64,000 nucleotides of DNA from Thermoplasmata archaeon (GTDB taxonomy: Archaea > Thermoplasmatota > Thermoplasmata > Halarchaeoplasmatales > Halarchaeoplasmataceae). The position numbers were made by a program, and so were the translations under genes. Below the pieces are notes generated by a model, which did no database searches, was not told the origin of the DNA, and was given only the letters and a program-made list of their open reading frames with translations. Location: positions 56,149 through 120,148 of the forward strand of contig PWHR01000046.1 in assembly GCA_003554965.1 (NCBI GenBank), given 5' to 3'. How positions within the stretch are numbered: the first letter of the stretch is position 1; each line of letters begins with the position of its first letter. Below, one piece after another: positions 56,447 through 64,000 of this stretch.

Positions 56447-57386
56447 ACGCGATGATGTTTGGGAACAGGTCAAAGCTGTTTTCAGGTACGAACTTCTGCG
56501 AAACCTCAGAAACAAAAACTTCCTGGTGATTTTTTTGATAGCCGTCGGTATATTCTCTTTGAACCTTTTCTTGCCTCCTATCTTAGACGGATTTGAAACA
56601 GACCCAAACTTCTTTTTGGAAAATCTGAACCCCGGCGGTCTGGTCATAATGATCCTCGCTGTAGGAGTGTCCATGAAGACTATCGCCGGAGAGTTTGAAA
56701 GTGGTTCCATGGAACTGCTCGCTTCGAAGCCTATAAGTAGAGATGTCATCTACCTCGGCAAATTAGCAGCTCTGTTCGCTATACTTTTAGTTGTTTATAT
56801 CTTCTTTTTCCTGTATTCTTTGGGAACGAGCACTTGGATATACGGCCTCCAGGATGGACTCTCACTTGTCATGTTGGCGGTTCCCTTCTTTCTAGCGCTC
56901 AGCAGCATGGTATGGGTATCTGTATCTCTTTTTTTGGGAGCCTGGACAAAAAGTTCCGTTGTGACCGTTCTCGGCACCGTCGGAATATTCATAGGTCTCA
57001 GTGTTGCGGCAGGGATAGTACCTTACTATTCGCCAATGACGGGAGAAGCCTTCAATTATCTTCCCGGAGAAGGAGAGAGCGGTGAATTAGCGGTGGGTGA
57101 TGAAGACAGCCCAGTTGAAGGTATAATGATCAACACTGGAACGGACCATCTTTCGGACCTTTTTGTTACCTATTCTCTAGATCCTGAAACGAATATATCT
57201 ATATTGGAACATGAAAGAGGCTGTCCCGTTACAGGTATGGGAGGGGAGGAATTCGTTCCTGGGGATAGAGGCTATACATTGAGTAGTTCCGTAGCTAGGA
57301 CCCTGATGATGACTATGGTTTACATAATCGGATTGAACTATCTAGGGATCCTGTTATTCAAAAAGTCGAGCATCATGAGACATTGA
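56430..57386 (+). CDS. ABC-2 type transporter permease
   Basis: 318 aa with about 6 TM segments. Overlaps the ATPase gene. Confidence 0.6.
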   Translation: MNSSDRRDDVWEQVKAVFRYELLRNLRNKNFLVIFLIAVGIFSLNLFLPPILDGFETDPNFFLENLNPGGLVIMILAVGVSMKTIAGEFESGSMELLASKPISRDVIYLGKLAALFAILLVVYIFFFLYSLGTSTWIYGLQDGLSLVMLAVPFFLALSSMVWVSVSLFLGAWTKSSVVTVLGTVGIFIGLSVAAGIVPYYSPMTGEAFNYLPGEGESGELAVGDEDSPVEGIMINTGTDHLSDLFVTYSLDPETNISILEHERGCPVTGMGGEEFVPGDRGYTLSSSVARTLMMTMVYIIGLNYLGILLFKKSSIMRH

Positions 57387-57482
57387 CTAGAAAAAATTAT
57401 CCTCGACCGAAAAGAGAATGGCCATTAATTTTTTATACTAAAAAGTCATCTTAGTTATAACACTGAAATAAGGATTTAGGTA

Positions 57483-58721
57483 GTGATATTGATGGATGTG
57501 AAAAAGCTGGCCGTTGTTTTGATTAGCCTCGTATTGCTGACTAGTGCTTCTTTGATCGTCATAGAATCAGGAGAAAATGAGCGATTGGTAACAGGGGAAC
57601 CTGATGAAGATCTAGAGATATCTGTGGAATTAACAGTCAATGGAGAAGAAGACGAAGTAACGATAGATGAAGACGATGAAGTGGAGATAGACGTGAGTAT
57701 AGAGAATGACGGTGAGACGGAAGAAACTGTAGAGTTGTACGTACTCGAGGACGATGATCCTATCGCACCTCATGATCCGTATGAAGATTACACCGTAGCC
57801 GCTGGAGAATCAGAAGAAGATACGTTGACCCACGACCACGTTAGCGATTGGGAAGGAGAGTTCTATGCACGTCTTATCCATGAGGATACCGACGAAGTGC
57901 TCGCAGAAGTGGACGTGACCGTCGGCGATCCTGTTGTCGATCCTGATATAACGGCAAATCTAGAAGTCAATGGAGAAGAAGACGAAGTAACGATAGATGA
58001 AGACGATGAAGTGGAGATAGAGGTGAGTATAGTGAATGAAGGTGATACGGAAGAAACTTTTGATTTGTATGTAGTCCGACAAGATACCGAGGAAGTCCAT
58101 GATCCCTACGAGACCTATGATGTAAGTCCAGATGACTATATTGAGGTTACAGAGGATCACGACCACGTTAGCGATTGGGAAGGGGAGTTCTATGCACGTC
58201 TTATCCATGAGGATACCGACGAAGTGCTCGCAGAAGTGGACGTGACCGTCGGCGATCCTGTTGTCGATCCTGATATAACGGCGAATCTAGAAGTCAATGG
58301 AGAAGAAGACGAAGTAACGATAGATGAAGACGATGAAGTAGAGATAGACGTAAGTATAGAGAATAACGGTGAGACGGATGAAACTGTTAAGTTTTACGTA
58401 CTCGAGGACGATGATCCTATTGCACCCCATGATCCGTATGAAACTTACACCGTGCCCGCAGGAGGATCTGAAGAAGATACATTGACTCACGATCACGTTA
58501 GCGATTGGGAAGGAGGGTTCTATGCACGTCTTATCCAGGAAGATACAGAAGATATACTCGCGGAAGTAGACGTGACCGTCGGCGATCCCGATGTAGATCC
58601 TGTTGAAGACGACCCGGATTGGGAGAGTTTGCGGATCTTGATAGGAATTGCTCTAGCCACCTTCATAGTCGGGATAGGCGTCGGATTATTGTACGAGAGG
58701 AAAATAAAGAGAGAGAAATAA
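57483..58721 (+). CDS. Acidic tandem-repeat cell-surface protein (signal peptide, 3 x ~109-aa beta-sandwich/CARDB-like repeats, C-terminal TM anchor + basic tail)
   Basis: N-terminal hydrophobic signal. Three near-identical repeats (ITANLEVNGEEDEVTIDEDDEVEI...DHVSDWEGEFYARLIHEDTDEVLAEVDVTVGDP). C-terminal ILIGIALATFIVGIGVGLLYERKIKREK. Confidence 0.65.
   Translation: MILMDVKKLAVVLISLVLLTSASLIVIESGENERLVTGEPDEDLEISVELTVNGEEDEVTIDEDDEVEIDVSIENDGETEETVELYVLEDDDPIAPHDPYEDYTVAAGESEEDTLTHDHVSDWEGEFYARLIHEDTDEVLAEVDVTVGDPVVDPDITANLEVNGEEDEVTIDEDDEVEIEVSIVNEGDTEETFDLYVVRQDTEEVHDPYETYDVSPDDYIEVTEDHDHVSDWEGEFYARLIHEDTDEVLAEVDVTVGDPVVDPDITANLEVNGEEDEVTIDEDDEVEIDVSIENNGETDETVKFYVLEDDDPIAPHDPYETYTVPAGGSEEDTLTHDHVSDWEGGFYARLIQEDTEDILAEVDVTVGDPDVDPVEDDPDWESLRILIGIALATFIVGIGVGLLYERKIKREK
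57618..58600 (+). repeat. Three tandem ~327-330 nt coding repeats, copies 2 and 3 nearly identical at the DNA level
   Basis: The landmark tcaatggagaagaagacgaagtaacgatagatgaagacgatgaagt recurs at 57637, 57967 and 58294. Confidence 0.85.
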
Positions 58722-58801
58722 GGTACGACCAAAACACTTTTTTTCTTTTTTCTTCGAAGATTCTTTAAAGGCTGACCTTTATCATCTATTAGGAATGAAT
58801 C

Positions 58802-59551
58802 ATGATCTCTCGAAAAGAGCTGGAAGGAAAAGTCGCTTTAGTGACCGGAGCGAGCTCAGGAATAGGAAAAGCGATATGTAATAGATTGGCGGAAGAAGGC
58901 ATAAACCTAGGAATGGCTGCCAGACGGAAGAGCGTACTTGACTCTCTATCTGATAAGCTGGAAAAAAAGCATGGTAACAGATGTTTGCCTTTACCCACTG
59001 ATGTTACTAAAGATGAAGAGGTGAACGATATGGTAAAAAAGACAGTAGATAAGTTCGGAAAACTGGACATACTGGTGAACAATGCCGGAGTGATCAGATA
59101 TGGAGATATAGAAGATTTCTCGACCGAGGACTACAAAGCGATGATGTCCACTAACTGCGACGGCATGTTCTATTCCACTAGAGCGTCTCTCCCTCACCTA
59201 AGAAAGACTGAAGGAAATCTGATATTCATCGGCAGCTTCGATGCAAATCATCCCCGCTCATTCAATCCTATCTACAGCGCAACGAAATGGTGGACCAAAG
59301 CTTTCGCCCACAGCATCGAAAGTATTGTGGGAAAAGAAGGTGTTGCAGTGACCCTAATAAATCCCTCGGAAGTTAGAACGGACATCGAAGACGAAGAAGG
59401 GATGCCTTACAGAGAAAAATTCGATCCTGAAGAAGTTCTTGATCCCGAAGAGCTCGCTGAAGTGGTGCTCTTCACGATAAAACAGGAAAACAGTACCACC
59501 ATAAGCGAGATAAACATTTTCAGGAGAGATAAGATGAGCGAGTTCTTCTGA
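58802..59551 (+). CDS. Short-chain dehydrogenase/reductase (SDR) family oxidoreductase
   Basis: TGASSGIGKAI Rossmann motif, NNAG, and catalytic YSATK. Confidence 0.85.
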   Translation: MISRKELEGKVALVTGASSGIGKAICNRLAEEGINLGMAARRKSVLDSLSDKLEKKHGNRCLPLPTDVTKDEEVNDMVKKTVDKFGKLDILVNNAGVIRYGDIEDFSTEDYKAMMSTNCDGMFYSTRASLPHLRKTEGNLIFIGSFDANHPRSFNPIYSATKWWTKAFAHSIESIVGKEGVAVTLINPSEVRTDIEDEEGMPYREKFDPEEVLDPEELAEVVLFTIKQENSTTISEINIFRRDKMSEFF

Positions 59552-59556
59552 TATTT

Positions 59557-60360
59557 TCAGAAGACAGTCTTGCCTATGCTCTCAAAAAATTCTCTTTTCT
59601 CTTCAAAGTGATCGTCGTCGCCAAAGTATATCTTTTTGTACTTCTCTTCCATCTCCTCATCCATCAAAGACTGCATCTCCCTCCATATCCCTTCTCTCAT
59701 ATTGAGCTTGTCCAGGTATATCTCTTCGATACCGATAGAATTCAGTGTCTCCTTCAACCTTTTTAGACCTTGTTCCCTGTCGTTTTCAAAGGGTAAGATA
59801 GGACCTATAAACGCCCAAACGTTCAATCCCTCCTCGCTCAATTCTCTAGCCGCGGACAACCTTCTCCCTATGGAGGGAGCTTCAGGCTCGAACCTTTTTC
59901 TGAATTCATCATCAAGTGAAGTTATAGTGAACCCTATATCCGCTTCCATCTCATCTAAGATATCTATATCTCTTGTGACCAGATCGGATTTGGTTTGGAT
60001 CAACACTGGAAGATCCTTCTTTCCAAGCTGTTTCAGACATCTCCTTGTCAGCTTGCAGTGGCGTTCAGCTTCCTGATAAGGGTCGGTAACGCTTCCCAGT
60101 CGAACTATACCTCTGTCCTTTTTGTCTAACTCATCATGAAGCACCTTGGGTATGTTCCTTTTTACATCTAGAAATTCCCCCCACGGTCTATCTTCCCCTA
60201 TAACGAAAGAAGAATAGCAGTATATACAACCGTGAGTACAGCCTCTGTAAGGATTAAGGGAGTAATCCGCCTCCAAACCTGATTTTGAAAGGGCTGTTTT
60301 ACAGCTAACCTCTTTTATTTCGACACCATCCACTTCTATTAAAGTACTTTTCAATTCCAA
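59557..60360 (-). CDS. Radical SAM protein, SplB-like (DNA repair photolyase family, COG1533)
   Basis: YSLNPYRGCTHGCIYCYSSF matches the NPY-G-C-x-H-x-C-x-YC radical SAM cluster motif of the SplB family. Confidence 0.7.
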   Translation of the reverse strand: MELKSTLIEVDGVEIKEVSCKTALSKSGLEADYSLNPYRGCTHGCIYCYSSFVIGEDRPWGEFLDVKRNIPKVLHDELDKKDRGIVRLGSVTDPYQEAERHCKLTRRCLKQLGKKDLPVLIQTKSDLVTRDIDILDEMEADIGFTITSLDDEFRKRFEPEAPSIGRRLSAARELSEEGLNVWAFIGPILPFENDREQGLKRLKETLNSIGIEEIYLDKLNMREGIWREMQSLMDEEMEEKYKKIYFGDDDHFEEKREFFESIGKTVF

Positions 60361-61667
60361 TGTCTCTCCTCCTTAAATTCAAAATCTTTTTCCTCTTTCT
60401 TATTTTTCACACTGAAGTCGCTCAATCTGGTCTGATGTAATGCATCCTGTAAGACCTCACTGTGCTTTTCCCATGTATCTATCTTTATATCAAGTCTGGT
60501 AGAGATATAAAACAACGCTTCCTTCAAGGTATCAAAAGTTTTAGGTTCTTTTTTCAATGCATCCCTCACATGTTCTCTCACGTTCCAAACTCCAACAGGC
60601 ATTATGTAGCCAGGGTGGGTCTCTCTAAGGATCACCGCTCCTGCCTGCCTTTTCTCCCTTGAAAGTTTCTCAGCTACTGCAAGCCTAGCGGCGTAAAAAC
60701 AGCCTCCTATCTCGGCATATTTAGATCTACCGTCATACTTTTCATGGCTCGAAATTATAGCGATGTCCTTTCCATGAGGATTCCAAGCGGTTTCTGGATA
60801 CCAGGCTTCGACTAACTCATAGATCCACGTCCTAGGAAGCATCAGTATCTCCCATCGATTGTCCAGTTCCCATGTTTCGTAAACCCTGTATTCATCTATC
60901 GGCCTGTAATCTTTGACCTCCTCCCGCAAGTTCTTGCCTATGGTGTCATCAACTGCCGTTATACTCCACCTTGTGGGAACGAATTTCCTGTTCTCATCTA
61001 TCCCAAAAGCTCCAACACTGAAAGCACGCTGTATCTTTGAAAGGTATACGTCGCTTTCATAAAGATCTAAAACGGCTTTGGTAGCTTTAAGATCGGTATC
61101 GAAATGTACCTTATCAAGCCTTTTATCGAACTTTATCGTTCCGAGATCCAACTTTTGTAGCGGTCCAGAAGGACCATAGGGTTGGACGGAATCAGATAGT
61201 TGGATCTTTCCTCCCGGTTTTTTGGAAAAGAAAGCCTCTACTTCAGCCGGATCTTTCGCTAGAGCCATCTGACGAGTTATATCAGCTATTCTATCTCTAT
61301 CATCGAATTTGTCAACCCTTATCGGATACTTACCTCTCACAAGTTTTGTCCGGTTCTCCACGATGTCCTCTATATCCTTTCCAACCCACAATTCAGGCAT
61401 GTCTAGCTCGGAAGTGTCTCCATGAAAGGGCGGAACTAGCGGTCCTACGTCGACTTTTGGATATCCATACCTTCCAACGAAAACACCTGGAGGTGAAGAA
61501 CCAGAGATATCTGTATCTTCCACCAAATCCTTAGATTCCATCTTATGATAGTATTTGACTACGACGGGACAGCGTTCTCTTCCACATAGGTTCTTTGACC
61601 CTCGACACCTTGCACATCTAGAATTTTTCTTGACGAAATGTTCTTCGTCGGCTAGATCGACTTTCAT
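60351..61667 (-). CDS. NreA-like protein (archaeal Nre family, putative DNA repair) with C-terminal PIP-like box
   Basis: 438 aa. N-terminal Cys4 cluster RCARCRGSKNLCGRERCP is typical of Nre. The C-terminus has QTRLSDFS, which resembles a PCNA-interacting Q-x-x-L-x-x-F motif. Overlaps the radical SAM gene by 10 nt. Confidence 0.5.
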   Translation of the reverse strand: MKVDLADEEHFVKKNSRCARCRGSKNLCGRERCPVVVKYYHKMESKDLVEDTDISGSSPPGVFVGRYGYPKVDVGPLVPPFHGDTSELDMPELWVGKDIEDIVENRTKLVRGKYPIRVDKFDDRDRIADITRQMALAKDPAEVEAFFSKKPGGKIQLSDSVQPYGPSGPLQKLDLGTIKFDKRLDKVHFDTDLKATKAVLDLYESDVYLSKIQRAFSVGAFGIDENRKFVPTRWSITAVDDTIGKNLREEVKDYRPIDEYRVYETWELDNRWEILMLPRTWIYELVEAWYPETAWNPHGKDIAIISSHEKYDGRSKYAEIGGCFYAARLAVAEKLSREKRQAGAVILRETHPGYIMPVGVWNVREHVRDALKKEPKTFDTLKEALFYISTRLDIKIDTWEKHSEVLQDALHQTRLSDFSVKNKKEEKDFEFKEERHWN

Positions 61668-61736
61668 CCATCTATAGTTATGCGGTCGAGAGTTTTTAAC
61701 TGTTTCGCAGGCTCACAGATATTTTCACAAAAAGGC

Positions 61737-63011
61737 TCAAGGGGCGATCGGGCTCTCCTCTTTCTTTTCAGCCATTTCGATCTCCTCTTTTATAACCTTG
61801 GAAAGGGCCTTTATGCCTCTTTTTATCTCTTCTTCTGAAGAGTGTGTATAGTTGAGCCGCATCGTGTTGTTCCCTCCATCGTCCACATAGAAAGCGTCAC
61901 CGACCACGTAAGCTACCTTTTCATCTACAGCTTTTTCGAACATCTCCCTGGTATCTACGTGTTTTGGGAGTTCCGCCCAGATGAACATACCTCCTTCAGG
62001 TCTGTTCCATTCGACCTCATCAGGGAAGTGCTCTTCCATCGAATCAAGCATCGTCAGCCTTTTCTTGTTATACAGCTCTTTTATGTTCTCAAGGTGCTCA
62101 TCCATGATGCCCTCTGAAAGGTATTTGTACGCCACATACTGACCGAAAGGATTGGTACAGAGGTCCGTGGCCTGTTTAGCGATCACCATCTTTTCGATGA
62201 GTTCTTCAGGCCCGGTCATCCAGGCGATCCTGAATCCCGGTGCCAATATCTTGGAAAAAGTCTCCAGCCTCACAACCCTTTCCTCGGTATCCATGGACAT
62301 CAGGTGAGGCATCTTTTCTCCTTCATATCTAAGGTGTGAATACGGTGAATCTTCAACTATAAGAATATCGTATTTTGAAGCTATATCTAGAAGCCTTTCT
62401 CTTTTCTCAGCTGTCATGGTGGCACCTGAAGGGTTCTGAAAAGTGAGAACCACATAGATGAACTTGGGCAGTTCACCTTTCACTTTCATCTGACGCAATT
62501 TTCTATCTAACAAGTCCATATCCATCCCGTCTTCCCTGACCTCTACGGTCTCCATCTCACCCTCAAAAGCCTTGAAGGCTCCAGTCGCCCCTAAATAGGT
62601 CGGAGAACCGACTAATATCTTATCGCCCGGGTTAAGAAGGACTTTGCTAAGAAGATCCAAAGCCTGTTGAGAACCGTGAGTGATCAGAATATTTTCATGA
62701 TCGACATCCATCCCTCTATCTCTCATCAACTTTGCGAGTTCTTTTCTCAAAGGATTGACACCTTCTGTGGAGCCGTATTGAAGTACCTTTTCACCCATCT
62801 CGTCTAAATTTTCATTTATTATCTTTTTGGTCGCCTCTATCGGGAAAGCTTCGGGATTAGGCAGTCCTCCTGCGAACGAGATCACGTCACCCTGCTGTAT
62901 CAATTTCAATATCTCCCTTATCTCAGATCTTTCCATCTTAGACGCCCTTTCCGAGAATATCTGCTCAAAATCCACCATATTTATCATCCTTTTGTAGTTT
63001 CTTCTAGGCAC
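61737..63011 (-). CDS. PLP-dependent aminotransferase, class I/II (AspB/LysN-like)
   Basis: 424 aa. Fold-type I aminotransferase blocks (GGLPNPEAFP, ITHGSQQALDL, YSHLRYEG, SFSKILAPGFRIAWM lysine region). Confidence 0.8.
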   Translation of the reverse strand: MPRRNYKRMINMVDFEQIFSERASKMERSEIREILKLIQQGDVISFAGGLPNPEAFPIEATKKIINENLDEMGEKVLQYGSTEGVNPLRKELAKLMRDRGMDVDHENILITHGSQQALDLLSKVLLNPGDKILVGSPTYLGATGAFKAFEGEMETVEVREDGMDMDLLDRKLRQMKVKGELPKFIYVVLTFQNPSGATMTAEKRERLLDIASKYDILIVEDSPYSHLRYEGEKMPHLMSMDTEERVVRLETFSKILAPGFRIAWMTGPEELIEKMVIAKQATDLCTNPFGQYVAYKYLSEGIMDEHLENIKELYNKKRLTMLDSMEEHFPDEVEWNRPEGGMFIWAELPKHVDTREMFEKAVDEKVAYVVGDAFYVDDGGNNTMRLNYTHSSEEEIKRGIKALSKVIKEEIEMAEKKEESPIAP

Positions 63012-63103
63012 TAGGGTACCTTATTTCTTTCGGTCATGGTCCAGAGACTTTCCAGTATCAAGACGAACATGGTCAAAAAACCATCAAATTTAAAAATATC
63101 TAG

Positions 63104-64000
63104 ATGATGTCTTCTGCAGATAAAATGCCAACTAAAATAAGATCACTCCTGAAAAGTATTCCAAAAGTCGAATTAGGCTTCTTTCCGACACCACTTCAAA
63201 GACTCCATAAACTCTCAGAAAAATACAACGTTGATCTTTACATGAAAAGAGATGATATCTCTGGTCCGGGTTTCGGGGGCAACAAGATAAGGAAACTAGA
63301 ATATATAATCGCGGAAGCTCTCGATGAAGAATGTGATTATGTATTCACCTATGGCGGGATACAATCAAATCACTGCAGGCAGCTGGCCGCTTCCTGCAGG
63401 ATATTCGATTTGGAACCTGTGCTGTACCTCATAGGAGAGGAAGAGCCGGAAGAGTACAGGGGAAATCTTCATCTGGATAAGTTGTTAGACGCTGAAGTCA
63501 ACATAGTTACCGCAGGAGCGAAAGAGGTAGATAATATCAGTGAGAAAGCAGATAAGCTCGCCCAAGAAAGGATGAAAGAGCTGAGAACTGAAGGCCATAG
63601 GTGTTATGATTGTCCTGCTGGAGGGTTCAATGCCGCCGGTTGTTTAGGATTCATCGAAGCATTTGAAGAGCTGATGGAACAGACAGATGAGCAAGATATA
63701 GAGTTAGATTATCTTGCCCATGCCAACGGAACAGGAGGAACTTATACCGGTCTGGAGATCGGAAGAAAATTGTTGAGTTCTGAAATAAAGATACTCCCTT
63801 TCAGCGTCGGCACTCTTTCTGAAGACTTTGAAGAGAAAGTGTCGAGGATGAGCAAAAGTGTAGCTGATAAACTCGATATAGACGAAGAAGACGTGATGAT
63901 AGATGCTGAGGAAATAAACGTGGAAACTAGGTATTCAGGACCTGATTACGGAGTACCTTACACTGCTTCTGAGGAGGCCATGAAAGAACTCGCCCGTGAA
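63104..64000 (+). CDS. ACC deaminase / D-cysteine desulfhydrase family PLP enzyme (partial; runs off the window)
   Basis: MMSSADKMP...FFPTPLQRLHKLSEKYNVDLYMKRDDISGPGFGGNKIRKLEYII... This frame is open to the end of the window. Confidence 0.7.
   Translation, partial: MMSSADKMPTKIRSLLKSIPKVELGFFPTPLQRLHKLSEKYNVDLYMKRDDISGPGFGGNKIRKLEYIIAEALDEECDYVFTYGGIQSNHCRQLAASCRIFDLEPVLYLIGEEEPEEYRGNLHLDKLLDAEVNIVTAGAKEVDNISEKADKLAQERMKELRTEGHRCYDCPAGGFNAAGCLGFIEAFEELMEQTDEQDIELDYLAHANGTGGTYTGLEIGRKLLSSEIKILPFSVGTLSEDFEEKVSRMSKSVADKLDIDEEDVMIDAEEINVETRYSGPDYGVPYTASEEAMKELARE

Overview
Organism and overall content. The DNA is AT-rich (roughly 40% GC), but almost every predicted protein is extremely acidic (D/E-rich). 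Clearly archaeal genes are present: ribosomal proteins L40e, S27e and L44e, aIF2-alpha, a GC-rich SRP (7S) RNA, an archaeal type IA topoisomerase with zinc ribbons, and a PriL-like primase subunit. This points to a salt-in halophilic archaeon, plausibly a nanohaloarchaeon/DPANN-like lineage. That placement is an inference from composition and gene content only.

Housekeeping genes. The window carries xseAB, an AK6/Fap7-like NTPase, a CDP-alcohol phosphatidyltransferase, enolase, rpiA, topA, and the L44e-S27e-aIF2alpha cluster next to the SRP RNA. It also carries a cyclic-2,3-diphosphoglycerate synthetase / 2-phosphoglycerate kinase pair, an SDR oxidoreductase, an aminotransferase and an ACC-deaminase-family protein.

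The island at 23.7-51 kb. This is the most striking part. Three giant minus-strand genes (about 3585, 1619 and 2623 aa) each encode a signal peptide and a subtilisin-like S8 peptidase domain, followed by many beta-sandwich, fn3, PKD or PQQ-propeller repeats. All three end in the same C-terminal module: heptad coiled-coil repeats encoded by perfect 21-nt and 54-nt tandem DNA repeats, then a conserved MARNLGIVG motif, one transmembrane helix, and an acidic cytoplasmic tail ending in F-E-E. Each gene is followed by the same ~50-nt 3' element. A plus-strand wHTH-AAA(STAND)-TPR ATPase sits between two of them.

Other unusual loci:
- A 1467-aa acidic helical-repeat protein ends in a C4HC3 (RING/PHD-like) zinc finger.
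- A QueH (DUF208)-like gene overlaps the gene upstream of it.
- A candidate operon encodes a CBS protein, a tandem metallophosphoesterase (second domain degenerate) and a DEAH+DUF1998 (MrfA/YprA-like) helicase.
- A minimal RnfD-RnfC-RnfC cluster lacks the G, E, A and B subunits.
- A radical-SAM SplB-like gene sits next to an NreA-like gene.
- An acidic tandem-repeat surface protein lies next to an ABC-2 transporter.

No CRISPR array, transposase or tRNA gene was recognised.
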